Notes under the pieces: model-generated
Seen by the model: only the letters and a program-made list of their open reading frames with translations
Database searches by the model: none
Told to the model about the DNA's origin: nothing
Assembly (NCBI RefSeq): GCF_009914755.1
Contig: NC_060925.1
Source: the human T2T-CHM13v2.0 reference genome, Homo sapiens
Length of the DNA stretch: 64,000 bases
Direction: 5' to 3' (one strand)
Position numbers and translations under genes: made by a program
Shown: in pieces, positions 15,932 to 30,789 of the stretch
How positions within the stretch are numbered: position 1 is the first letter of the stretch
How the letters are laid out: each line of letters opens with the position of its first letter

Positions 15932-16221
15932 GTAAAGGACCCCGGAGGGAGACGCGGGGCTGAGCGGTGAGCGGTGTATCGGGCGCCCCTTCCCCGGGCG
16001 GCTGCCCCTGCCCTGAGCATGGAGCACGCGGCTCATCGCTGCTGCCAACTAGAAGGGCAAATGCCTGCTGTTCCGACGCCTCCTTGACCAACTCCGAAGG
16101 ATCGTCCCTGGTCCCACCTAGGACACCCGGGTTGGGAGGCTGGGGTTGGTAAGGAAAGATCTCAGAGGGAGAGAAAAGGGCTTTCCTAGAGGCCCGGGTA
16201 TTTTGGCTAGGAACTTAAATG

Positions 16222-16223
<2 letters not shown>

Positions 16224-16265
<42 letters not shown>
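16224..16265. repeat. A42 mononucleotide run
   Basis: Direct count; no adjacent Alu or L1 body. Confidence 0.97.
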
Positions 16266-16268
<3 letters not shown>

Positions 16269-16789
16269 AGGTGCAGCCAAGGTTTGTAAATGGGTAAACG
16301 TGTCAGCAAAAACTGCAAGAAGGCAGAAGCCCTTCAATCTGAAGAGATGGGTATTGAAAGAGAAACAGAACTGGCAACACGAGGCCAGCACGTCTTCGTG
16401 GGTCTGTGGGCTTCCCTTTTCGCTTTCGGAGTGGCATTTTAGAGAGTCCAGTTGTCTTCTTGCTTCTGAAGTCCTTCCTGTGTCTGTCGCATCTTCTTCC
16501 ATAACTTTCTGAAAGCTCCCCTTACTGGTCAGTCGAATGACATTATTTCTGATAAAACTTAAGACTCCCTTGGACACCCTTGCCTCTGAAGCTGTGTGTA
16601 TGGAGGTATGCTGGCCACATCTGCAGGCTTTGCCAGAGGGAGGCCCCGCACTTCTCTGCCTGCTGAGAGGAGGTCCGGGGACTTTCCTTGTTCTGTTCCA
16701 ACCTCAGCAGAGGAGTGGTTGGGTGTATTCCCCACATCCCTCTCTTCTGCACATCTTGAGGCTTCCCTGTGTTTCCTCCTTGAAAATGA

Positions 16790-17318
<529 letters not shown>

Positions 17319-19514
17319 TAGACTCTGTGCTTGCCAGCAAAGCTTCATGACTTCTCTAAAGGGGCAATAAGTTTGTCCTTTAGAGAAGTCAGGGAGCTAT
17401 ATTCAGGCATCCAGCCCAGCCAGTTGTCTTCAAGGAACAGGGAATCACCTTCAAGGAGACTTTATAGACTGCAAGAACCACTGGAGTCTAATATGGACCC
17501 TCCACAGAAACATTTGCAAGGCCAGGAAGCTCTGGCAGATTAGGGCTGGCGGTGAGGCACGCACACAGCGAAGCTCAGCAGGTGGTGTGCACACATCCAC
17601 CCAAAGATCACACAAACACAAAACAACAGGGTTCTCTCTGAGCTGGCCACTGCTTCAGGGCAGAGGAGGGAAATGGCCCAGGCAACACCCAGCTTCTTGG
17701 GTTGGGTGAAGTCTCCTTAAGAAATTGTTTTAGAAGTGGCTTCCCTCTTCTGGAAGTGTACAAACTGCCTTAGGCCCCAGGCTGCAGATTCACTATGATG
17801 TATGGCCTGTCTAACCTCTTGAAGAAACGGATTGGAGATAAGAGAAAAGCAACTCTTAGACTTCAAGCAGGTTGCTGCTGGAGGGCCAAATGCAAGTGTC
17901 AACTTTGTTCTAGGAAAACAAGGAGGGTCTCCTTCCACAGAGGCAGTTTCTCCCCCCTCAGATGAGGAAGGAATAGTGTATGGCAGAGGCCCTGAAACTA
18001 TCAGCTGAGCAACTTCCTGTGTGGCTTGGGGGGTGGAGGGGATTGCAGTAAAAGAGAAGGCCCTCCCTTATTGAGATGTGTAGTAACTTATGCAGGATTC
18101 CACCAAGATACCAAAATCACTCCCGTGCTAGGGTTTGGGAGGGACGCAGGGAGGGAATCGCTCAGCCAGCCAGAAGCCTGACAAATCACCCTGCGTCTAT
18201 TGCAGGGCATCAATTTGCTGGTTGGACAGTGGCTGCTTTTGAAGTTTCTTTGTCCAAATGCCTGGAAAACAAAAAACAACAAAAACGAAACAAACAAACA
18301 AAAAAACAACATGCAACTGCTAGTGAAGAAAGTAAAGAGGAAATCTAGGGGCCAGGGAAGTGACCATTCTTAGCCAGGAAGTAAACTTTTCATGGTGAAG
18401 CATGATATGCAGGAGTTGGATTTGGGGGTTTCTGAAAATCTCAGAGTAAAACCCTCTTTTGAGAGGTGAAACTCAGTTTTGGGACATGAAAGGGCTACTG
18501 TATCTGGAAAGAAATTAAGTTATATTACTTCTCAGTACTAGGAATCCAAACCAGACCAACGAGGGTTACTCAATATTCATTCTCTAAAGCTCACGTATTA
18601 TTGGAAGTCTTTGAGAGATCTTTTTTTAAAGTCACTGTTACCATTATCAACAACATCAATCTTCATCCCTCATAAAGCCCTGTGGAATAAACAAAGTATA
18701 GATGCCATCTGATCCCTGCCTTTTAAAAGCTCACAACCCAATAAAGGGACTATATCCTGTCACATATATAATCTTCAAATGCATAAATGCCAGTTGAATA
18801 CTGCTGCAGATCATGAGTTCTGCAGGAGTTCAGACTAGATTAGGTTCAGAAGAAGCCTTGGAAGAAAGATGTGGGTAAGGTGGAGAAGGTATAAGGAATG
18901 GGCACAGGGAGAACATGCCAGCTTTGTCCAGCTGGCTGGGAAGGAAGGTAGGAAAGCAGTAACAGAAAAAAATGAAAGTAATAAGATAAATCCAAGGTCA
19001 CTGAGTATAGTAGATGCCCAGCTAAGTGGGTGAGTGGGAGCTGAAATCCAAGTCACTTGGAGGAAAAGGTTACTTTTTGTTCATACAAAATCTCCTTGCC
19101 TAGTTGAGCCTCAAACGGGTGGCTTTTTCTAATTCATGCAGAGGCCATCTGCAACTCTTGAAGGCCAGAGTTGTATGGCCCTGGATTCTGCTCCATGGAC
19201 AGTAGGAAACTCTGAGAGGTGTTGAGGCAGCTGGCAGCAGTGATGTAGCCGGGATGATACAGCAAAAATGCCACTTCATGGAGTGAGCAAGGGAACCAGG
19301 TGAGAAAGCATCTTTTCGAGTACAGGTATATTCTGACTTCAGGATACAATAAGAATGGAGAAGATGGAAAAGAGTAAAGACCATGCGCTGGAAGGGAAGT
19401 CAGAAATCACCAAGCTGCCCAGAAGAGTGAAGTTCTCTATGGTGCCAGGGAAAATGGCAGTACCAACTTTTACAGCTCCATACAAAGCCTTTTGCAGGCA
19501 GATTTTCTCATTGG

Positions 19515-19860
19515 TCTTTGAGTCTCCAGAATGAGCACGGTGCCTGGCATATAGTCATATAATTTCTCAATAAAAGTTTGCTTGATAAATGATTAGCATA
19601 AATAGGGAACTCCTTCCCCTCTCGGTCTGTAGCTCAAACGTCTCCACCTCTGGAAGGCTTCTGTGAAGCCCCCAGACTCTACAGCACTCTCAGAGCACTT
19701 TGTTCAAGCCACTATTAGAACACTAGGCAGAACTGGAACTGTCAGCCTCCCTAACTGTCACCCCGGAAGGCTCCTTGAGGGCAGGGGCCATGTCTTATAT
19801 ATTTAGAGCCTAATGGGCACCAAGAAAGGCTTGTTGCATGAGCAAATATTGAAGAGGGAA
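19515..19860 (+). mobile_element. L2 3' fragments
   Basis: agcacggtgcctggcatatag..ctcaataaa; gctccttgagggcagggg. Confidence 0.65.
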
Positions 19861-20436
19861 GGAAGATCAGGGTTTTTTTTTTTTTTAACAAGCAGTGTTT
19901 AGATATGTTGGTTTTGATTGTTCTAAGCAGAATGTCCACCACTCCCTAAGAAATACAAACCTGTTATGATACAAATGTGATTCTCCTCTAGAAGAGATAA
20001 TAGGTAATGCTATTGTGGATAGGAACCCAGAGGACAGAGGTGTGTAAAGAAGGAGCTGGAGGCGTAGGATGTCACATTTAAGTTAATACTGTTAGTCACT
20101 TAAATATAAATTGTGTGCACTGCCAATAGCCTGAGGGCACTTGAAAAAAAGTATAATTTTCGCTGACTAAATCCTTTGTTTGTTCAACTAAATTGTAGGC
20201 ACATCATGGCACTGAAAAAAAATCATAAATTTCTAACTTAGGTGGAGACAATAAATGAATCCTTTTCTGTGGGGTAACTGCAAATCATTCCCAGATATTA
20301 TTTGTCATTCATGGACCTACTCAGTATTTATTGGGCCCTTATTACATACCAGATCTTGTATTTTAAATGTTACTTAAAAATTATGGAGCTCTCATGTCTT
20401 TACATTCTCACAGACTGTCAGTATTACTATGATGAG

Positions 20437-20463
20437 AGTGTGTGTGTGTGTGTGTGTGTGTGT
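20437..20463. repeat. (TG)n microsatellite
   Basis: Read directly from the sequence. Confidence 0.95.
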
Positions 20464-20959
20464 ACATATTGGTGTATATAATGTGTTTGTTTTGTGACCT
20501 ACTTTTTCATCCATATCTTTTTACTTCAGTAAACATTTTCTACCACATTTTTTAAAATTATGGGACTAGGAGATAGAAGAGAAACATGTAACGAATCCAA
20601 ATCTTAAAAAGATTATTTTGATATTTCACCGTGAAACACTAGGAGAAACACCCACAGCCTCGCTGTTTTTTGACCCACCCACCCTCTCACTGAGCCATAT
20701 GTTGGCTGCTGGTTGGAGCTGATGGGCCGTAATTAGGAATTGCACAGCCTCTGAAGCTAGAGTTTGGCTCGGTGGACTTGTGGCATGCCCAAATACCCCA
20801 CATTCCTCTCTGGCTCCCGCGTGTTCTGTGGGACCCTCACCCTCACACTGGCCCCCACTCAGCAGACATCTTCCATTTGTTGGACTGCGACGACAGGGGG
20901 AATTTGGGGAGTGAGACTCTAAGGGCCCAGCCCAGGCCCTATCACAGGAGGGGGTGAAT

Positions 20960-21110
20960 GTGCATTCCTGGAAAGGAGTCGGGTTTCAGAGCCTGATCCG
21001 CAGCGTGGCTCCTCACAGCACTGCGAGCCAGAGCTTGGCGCGCGCGGTTCCGTGGGAAATCTGAACACTGGCGGCTCAGCAGCCCGGTAATCTTATCAGG
21101 GCCGCAAGAG
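20960..21110. promoter_or_regulatory. intronic CpG-retaining enhancer candidate (STAT, RBPJ, E2F, GATA, MCAT motifs)
   Basis: TTCCTGGAA 20965, CATTCC 20963, TTGGCGCG 21035, CGTGGGAA 21051, CTTATC 21092, in a local CpG cluster. Confidence 0.45.
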
Positions 21111-22030
21111 AAAGCATTTTGGTTCCAGAGAAATCTGAAGGCAGCTCCGCTTTTCTCCAGTAATAATATTTAAGTCTGTGGAGCCAGCCTGACCAACCCT
21201 ATTCAACTCATTAGAATCTAAAAATCTCAGAGCTCTGGGTGAAATAAAACAATCTTTAACTGCCCTCTGCCATATGGTAAAGGGATAAACCAACTCACCA
21301 AGAGGTATCTTGAGGATTTAGGCACTATTGGACTTTTGGAAAGCCAACAGCTTGCAATTTTTCTCTTACCTGGGGAGTAGTTCAACCCAAGCCTTCAGAA
21401 GTAAGACAGAAGGATGGTTCTTGTAGCAGCAAAGTTTCAGTAATGCTTCGGACACAGGATGAACACTGAGTTGCCACTATCAACAGGATTGCCCTAGGAA
21501 TCTCCTGAAGCTCATCACCAGAGCCAGACCCGAATGAACACTGTCCTGGTTCTTTGGTCTTCTGGGCAGTCAGCCTCCCGTTTTTTTCCTTTGGAGCTTC
21601 CTGAATACCCATCTCCTGGGAATTGTGGAAACAGCTGGCTAAGCCCATGAGGCTCACCCTGTAGAGCCATTTATTTGAATGGATCAAATCCTATTCCATG
21701 GGAAGGGCCTCCAGCCAGTGCAATTCCAAATCCCAATGAGTCCCTAAGAGAGGTGCAGGGCCCTTACCTCTGTAAGAGACCCCTCTGAGATGCCATTAGA
21801 GCCTATCCTTAATGAATAGTATTAGAAGCCTCCAAGCTAGAGCAGTCAGGTGGGGGCACTGAGAAATTCTGGACATTGGAACAGACATTATCTCCAGCCA
21901 AAAATTTGAGTCAGCATCATAGATGTCTCCAGCCCTTTGTTTTGAACCTGTTTGTACCATGTCAGGGCCAACCTCCTGGCCTCGAGGTAGCAATCACTAC
22001 TCTTTCCCAGGCTGAATCTTTTATAATTAA

Positions 22031-22378
<348 letters not shown>

Positions 22379-22394
22379 TAGGTTTTTAGTTAGA

Positions 22395-22770
22395 TTCAGT
22401 AAGCACACACTGAGCCCTTACTGCCTGCCAGGCACTGCGGATCTAAAGGGGTACGTATCTACCAGCTTGCTGACCCTTGAAGAACTTGCAGTCTAAGAGG
22501 GGAGACAAACACCTAAACAGATTATTGCAGAGCAGGGATGAGAGCTTACACCCACAGAGGAGGAGCATCAGCCTGGGGCTCAGGGAGGGCTTCCTGCTAA
22601 AAATAATTTCTGAGTTGAATCTTGAGGGGTGAGTAAGAGTTAACCAAGGGCAGAAAATTGGGAAGAGCATTCCAATCAGAAAGAGTGACAAGAGCAAAGC
22701 TACTGGTGCAAGAAACAGCACGGTGTGCATGGGAAATAATAAGTAGTTCATTCCTGGAGGATAAAGCAAG
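22395..22770 (-). mobile_element. L2
   Basis: tgagcccttactgcctgccaggcactg..gggagggcttcct..gagcattcc. Confidence 0.75.
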
Positions 22771-23221
22771 ATAAAGATATTTGAGGACTAGATGGGGAGT
22801 ACAGGAAATGTAAGTTGCAGTTCCTGCCCTAAAAGGAACTCATTCTATTTGGGGAAACAAGATATACCCAAATGACATGACATAAAAACATGCAAGATAG
22901 AATCTTGATAAGTTCTAAGGTATGTGGGCGTTCAAAAGCTCCTCTAATACAAGGTAGAGAAAACTAGCTTCCTGTGCTGGGGATTCCTCCACAAGTGCTG
23001 CTCTTCCCCCACCTCCTGGCAGCCCTAGGGTGCAGAACACACAGGAGACCTCAATCTAATGGCAGCACATGCCTGCCTGGGGCCTGCCCCAAAGGCTCCT
23101 GCTAGAGAAGTTGATTTGAAATAGGCTCCAGGTCCCGAGGGAATGCCTTTGGTCAAGCTCACCAAAAAGCCACCCCAAGTCCTCCTACCTTCTCTGACAG
23201 AAAGAGGGCTCTAGGAATAGA

Positions 23222-23222
<1 letters not shown>

Positions 23223-23254
<32 letters not shown>
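23223..23254. repeat. (CA)16 microsatellite
   Basis: Read directly from the sequence. Confidence 0.97.
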
Positions 23255-23257
<3 letters not shown>

Positions 23258-24425
23258 CTTCTGTTCCCACTCACACTTCCACCTGCAGCCCCGCTCATTC
23301 CTTCCACTATGGCCACACTTCCTGTACACTCCCTGAAAAGTCAGCGTTTCTCCTGCTTGCCCAGAGGCAGACAAGGGATGCACCAGGGTGGACTGTAGAG
23401 CAGCAGCCAACCACATGCATCAGCCCAAACCCAGTAAGCAGTGCCGCTGGGCCTTGTGGCTGCTATTGCACAATCCAGCACCCACGCCACAGGTCACAGA
23501 GAATTTGCATCTCACAATGTGCCGCAGCAGGCTTTGGGCCTCCTCTGAGCCTCCCCGCTAGACCCTCCACCTTCAATAGTTCATTCCCAATGTGTGAGCT
23601 AAATGTACGCTTTTCCCACCCTGCTGGGCTGCCCACCACGACCTCCATCTCTGAAGCACATTCCCAGGATTCAGGTTCCTGGCTTGTCATCCTTTACAGA
23701 TATGTTTTGATGAATAATGGGAAATTCATTTCTGAGCAGCCACACCGATGTCAGTGTGGGAGAGACCTAAAGCTTGTTGTCATGGTAATTACTACCACTT
23801 GTTGAATGCCTACTATATATAGATGCTGTGCACAGATTTATTTCTTTTAATCTTCATAAAGTCATATTATGTCTTCTAGGAAAGGATGCTGAGGCTTTGA
23901 GATGCTTAAATGATGTGCCCAGGGTCTAGAAGGTAATTACCAACCTTCTAACATTTGAACCTACCCTATCCGGTGGGATCCTGTCCCTGTTCTTCCTCTT
24001 GCTCTGGAGAAACTCTGGCTTCCCCCACAGCACCTGTGTGGGCTCTCGGGGAGACAACAGGCTCCTCAGCCTGGCCAGTCTTCCTCCAGCTCAGGCCAGG
24101 CTGTGGTGGAGGCCAGCCAGCTCAAGGCTTGGTGCTTGTAAGGCCTGGCACAGGTTTACTCCGAGCCCTCCTCTGCACAGCTAAAAGACTTCTGAAAGGC
24201 CCCAGTTGTGTCTCTGGGTGAAACTGGTGCCCACACCTAAAGCAAAACAGGAAGACTTTTCCAAATTCATTTTTAGGGCTTTGGAGTTTTGAGAGCAAGA
24301 AAGAACCATAGCAATTTCTTCCATCCCCTTCATTTTAAAGATGACGAAATTGAACATAAGCGATTTACCAATGGTCGTACTTAAAGTCAGTTAGTAGCCA
24401 AGTCAAGAGTTAAAACCAAGGTCCT

Positions 24426-24814
<389 letters not shown>

Positions 24815-24873
24815 TCATATATAATGACTTTATTGATTTTGCATTTTTGTGTATTGTCTTCTTGGCTCTCTGA

Positions 24874-25351
<478 letters not shown>

Positions 25352-25635
25352 TAGCTGCAGCGCCACGCCTTGTTCTACTAGGCTTACTTTCTCCGATGCC
25401 CTCAAGGGGTCTTTCTGGGGGAGCCCCTTGGCCCCTGTTGTCCAGTCATGCCTGAATCCCCTCACAAAGGCCTGAATTTAAGTACTGGAGAGGAGAAGAA
25501 CAAGGATGATTCCAAATGCTTGTTTTCCTTGGGGAAACAAATGGGAGACTCAAAGAGATGCCTGGCACTCCAGGCTGCTATACAGTGCGGAAGTGCTGCC
25601 CAGGTGGAGAATCTGATGCCAGTGGAGTTGGCAGG

Positions 25636-26389
25636 TGTATGAGTTTGCGAGGGCTGCTGCCGTAACAGATTACCACAAACTGGGTGGCTCAAAACAACAG
25701 AAACGTCTCCTTTCATGGTTCTGGAGGCCGGATGTCTAAAAGCAGAGTGTCAGCAGGACCTCATTCCCCACTAAGGCTCGAGGGGCGGCTCCATTCCATG
25801 TTTCTTTTGGCTCCTGGTGGTTGCCAGCTTCCTTGACTTGTGGCCACATCACTCCAGTCTGCCTCATCTTTGCCACACCTTCTCCTCTGTGTGTCTCTTA
25901 TAAGGACCTGTGTCATTGGATCAGGACCTACGTTGATAATCCAGGATGATCTCTTCATCTCAAAATTGGTAACTACCTCTGCTAAGACTGTTTTTGCACA
26001 TAAGGTAACATTCACAGGTTCCAGGGATTAGGAAGTGAGCATATCTTTTTTTTTCCTCCTCAAGACAGGGTCTTGCTCTGTTGCCCAGGCTGGAATGCAG
26101 TGGCACAATCATGGCTCACTGCAGCCTCAACCTTCCAGGGCTTAAGTGATCCTCTCACCTCATCCTCCTGAGTAGCTGGACTATAGGCGTGCACCACCAC
26201 ACCCAGGTAATGTTTGTATTTTTAGTAGAGACGAGGTCTCACTATGTTGCCCAGACTGGTCTTGAACTCTTGGGCTCAAGTGATCCTCCCACCACAGCCT
26301 CCTGAAGCGCTGGGATTACAGGCATTAAACACTGTGCCTGTCTAGGAAGTTATCATAACTTTTAGGGGGTCACCATTCACCCCACTATC
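25636..26389 (-). mobile_element. MLT1 (B/C-like) MaLR LTR interrupted by AluJ
   Basis: tgtatgagttt..taccacaaactgggtggct..cacattcacaggttccagggattag; near-TSD GCAGG/GCAGT. Confidence 0.85.
26046..26342 (-). mobile_element. AluJ
   Basis: AluJ consensus; flanking repeat TAGGAAGT. Confidence 0.93.
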
Positions 26390-26930
26390 GCAGTCAACCT
26401 GCTATCCATATAAAGGTAAAGAACTTGGGGATTGGAGGAGTGAATCCTGGGTTATTGTTAAGCTATATTATAACCACCCCCCGAGCCCCCACTAGTGCCT
26501 TGGGTGCAAATTACCAAGGAATATTTATTGACACCTGTTGTGTGACTAATTTCCTGCCTCTTAGGTAGCCCGTATATACAGCTGTGTCATCCATACCCCT
26601 AGTGCCTGGGTCTCAGCTATAATTCTCTGTTCAGAGAGCTGCAGTTGGGAGGGGAAGTCTGTCTCCAGGCCGCTATGGAGCATTTCCATGAAGCCATGAG
26701 GATCACCCCCAACTCATCTGGTCACTTTTCAGGGAGATAACTATGGTGTAAGCAGGCTGGGAAGAGCCACTCGAGATTATCTAGGATCACCACCACCATT
26801 GTAAAGGATCATGCCTAGCAAGATTATAAAATCCTATTCTTAAATATCTTATTCTTTCATTAATCCCTTCATTCATTTATTTAGAGATGCACCAAGACGC
26901 TACCAAATGCAAATTAATAAGACCAATCCT

Positions 26931-27224
<294 letters not shown>

Positions 27225-27349
27225 ATAAGACACAATCCTTGCCCTCAAGATTCATACAGTCTGAAGGTAAAGAGGGGACATAAATGAAAGAAGTAATTAC
27301 AAAACAGTGTGATTGGTTCTGAAAAGGCAGTGAGTAAACAGTCCTGTTG

Positions 27350-27710
27350 CATAAATAACAGGACAGGCTAGTGTTGCTGTAACCATGCCACAATCTTAGT
27401 GGCTGAAAACAACAAAGGTTTACTTTTCACCCCTGCTGCAAGTCCATTGAGGGTTGGCTGGGGGCTCTGCTCTGGCTCATTTCTTGTCCTCCCTCTGAGA
27501 CCTAAGCTGTGGGAGCAGCTACCCCTTTGCTTGTTGTCATGGCAGAAGGAAGGAAAGTTCTGGAAGACTCACGCTGGCCATTAAATGCTCTCTTTTGGAA
27601 GGTTCCTAACTATCCACATGGCTCCACTTAACCATAGGGGCAGGAAGTACCATCCTCTCATGGCCTCCAAATGATGAGAGCTAGAAGTACTTCACAAACA
27701 TTGTTAGTGG
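27350..27710 (-). mobile_element. old MaLR LTR (MLT1H/I/J-like)
   Basis: aatcttagtggctgaaaacaacaaaggtttacttt..cacatggctccacttaacc. Confidence 0.65.
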
Positions 27711-29089
27711 CCTGATAGAGTCTTAGAAGCCTTCACAAAGCAGACGATCTTTGAGCTGTGTCTGGAAGTAAGACTGTGTCTTTCAGGCTGACAAGAGGGG
27801 GAAAGCCGAGGGAGAAAGTGTTTATCTGCACCACTCAGGGCTCATTCGCTTGAGTCTTACACGGCTTTTGTGGTCGGAGATGTTCTTGCAGATTGAAATG
27901 AAAACTGCTTCATAAGCACAAATAATGTTTTCAATGATGTCAGCTGTTCTTCATGCTTTGGGGGTGATTGAGAGAGGCAAGTAGGTTTGAACGAGAAGCT
28001 AGGGGTGCAGATATGCAGGAAAATATATCAGAGAAATATAAACATAAGCGTTAAGGGCATCTGTTTAGACTGTTTCTCAAGTCTCTTAGTCCTGGAACAG
28101 CCAATTCCATGGAGCATGCCACCAGGAGTTGCAACTTATAGCCTAGGTGGCTCTTGGGAGGTGAACGTCTTTGTGGCTATGTGAGCAGCATGGAATTGTC
28201 TACGCCTTTTGATTGGAATGCACTCCCCCTTGGTGAAAGGGAATCTATGTCTTTTTTCTACATGCAGTTATATAACACTTAGAATCACCATTCTTTCCCA
28301 TAAGGCTTGTACATAAGCCCTACCTTTTGTCCCTAAGGAAGGAGTTGGTGAAAGTCGGCCTGTGAGTAACATTGGAATTAGGCAGTAGAATTTGAAGAAA
28401 TGGTAGCAACAGACAGCCCTCTGCTCCCTTAAGTCTTTCTTTGCCTGATTATTGAATTTGTAGTAGATCAAGGGGGATGCCATGCAGAGAAAGACCATCA
28501 ATCCTGGGTTTTAGGTTCAGGGTCAGTTACCAGCCTCAGGATCCCGGTCAGTTCCGTGCTCTGTAAAACCGATACCTGCTTTACCTACCTTCCAAGGTTA
28601 TTTTGAAAAGGAAGTAAGATTATGCATGTAATAAATATCTTATGAAAGTACCTTGAAGCGTTCAATTATTTCACAAATGCATGGTGGTGGTGTTATTAGT
28701 ATTTATTAAACTGATATTGTGAAAAATTGTAACAACCCTGAGCGTGTCTTCTGTAAGAAAGCACTGGCGCTCTCTGTGCCTAGTGGAAGGTGGCAGAAGG
28801 GAAGGCAAAGAGGGTGACATTGGTGCACATGAGCAAAGTGAACCTTTCCAATATAGGACAAAGAGGCTTTTTATAGCATAAAGGAGGTTTTAAGCTGTGC
28901 AACAGTAATAGGAAAAATACTTTACACTTCTACCACACTTTATTGTCAAAGTACTTTCCCGTATCTGTTCAGCTAAACTGTAAGCTCTGCAAATCCCCAT
29001 CATAGGTTCTAACATCCAATGATGAGCATAATGTATATTCAACACATCCTGTGAGTAGATGCAGGAATGCAGGCTTCATATGCCTCATG

Positions 29090-29330
29090 GGGAGGCAGTG
29101 CAATGGCTTAAGGGCTAAGAGCACACACAGAGAGCCATATGGCTGGGTTTGAGTTTGACTTTGCCATTTACTAGCTTGTGACCTCTCCATGGCTTGGTTT
29201 TTCCATTTGTAAAATGGAAATAATGATAACACCTACCTGCTAGGGTTGTTGTGAGGTGTAAATGAGTCGGTGGTTGTGTAAAGTGCTTAGTGCGTTGCAC
29301 ATATTAGGTGTGATGTAATTGTTTATTGAT
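29090..29330 (+). mobile_element. MIR (a second MIR at ~28500-28700)
   Basis: ctgggtttgagtttgactttgccatttactagcttgtgacc..tgtaaaatggaaataatgataacacctacc. Confidence 0.85.
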
Positions 29331-29630
29331 TAAGGAAAGAGGCTTTTATAATCATTTAGAAGAGAACAGCCTCCTGCGCTTTTGGTGCAGCTCTGACTGG
29401 GACACGGGATGGACAAGAGGACATCTGAAGTTCTCCTCCAGCCTGAGAGTTTGACAGAGGGGTGGTTATTGCATCCTGCCTGCAAAACTGCCGGTAAATC
29501 TCTCTGGGCTTCTGTAGGAGGCTGGGTCTTGGGGGCAATGCTGGAACAGTATCCCACATAAATCCATACTAGAACCTGGGAGACTAGGGGAGGCTTGGGC
29601 ATAGAATAGCAAATCCAAGTGTCAGGCTCA

Positions 29631-30074
<444 letters not shown>

Positions 30075-30499
30075 TCACCCAGGTAGATCAATGAAACGAG
30101 GAGGTAGGAAATGGGAAGGAGAGCAGTCTGGAGTAGAGCTCCCCTTCCACTTCCTCCCCCCACATACCTGGGTTGCCTGTACCCTGACAATTCCTTACCT
30201 TTCACACCTCTGTGGGGAGGCCCCTGCCTAGGGAGCTGAACAGGGTGGGATTCGGAGACTGCTAAAACAGCTGCGGGGATTGGACAGTAAGAGGCTAAGC
30301 ATTCAGACCAGAGCCCCTCTCCCTGTCTAAGCTGACATCAGTCCTGATCTTTCCAACTGAGTGCTTTCCTATGCCAATAAGGGTATTCTGATTTCTCACG
30401 TGGTCACATTACTTGTATTACAAAGGATTTTTTGACAAGATGTATTCAGTGCAGGTTGAACTACCTTGCCCAAAGTATTTTGATTAAGGACCCCAGGTC

Positions 30500-30785
30500 T
30501 TTCCTGAAGAAAGTCTCCAGTGGCAGGCCACGGGGCTCTATCCTTGGCCCTGATTATTAAACATTTTTGTTAATGACTTGGATGAAAAATAGAAAGAATC
30601 CAGATGACCCACAGCTGGGATAGTTAATATGCTACGTGACATATTCAAGTTCAAAATGATTTATATAGGATGGGATGCTGGGCCAAAACCAACATAATAA
30701 AATTAAACAGGGATGAATGTAAAATCCTCTGCTTAACTTTAGGAAAATTTCATGCACTAGCATAGGACAGACCTGGCTTGGAAAT
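30500..30785 (+). mobile_element. L3/CR1 LINE reverse-transcriptase remnant
   Basis: Frameshifted translation VSSGRPRGSILGP / LNIFVNDLD matches CR1 RT VTSGVPQGSVLGP..FNIFINDLD. Downstream text matches DDTKL..W....MKFN..KCK.L. Confidence 0.8.
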
Positions 30786-30789
30786 ACGC

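Larger units (their letters stand above)
15650..16140. promoter_or_regulatory. RCSD1: CpG island promoter
   Basis: Very high GC and CpG density against a CpG-depleted background; preceded by a C/T-only tract; overlaps a first exon. Confidence 0.92.

Noticed and set aside
15226-16091. Overlapping 264-, 194- and 148-aa minus-strand ORFs over the CpG island
   Set aside because: Stop-poor GC-rich and low-complexity sequence giving Arg/Gly/Ala/Pro-rich translations with no domain; typical CpG-island artefact.
16100-16265. Processed pseudogene ending at the A42 run
   Set aside because: No AATAAA, no ORF remnant and no TSD; the upstream sequence is the CpG-island flank.
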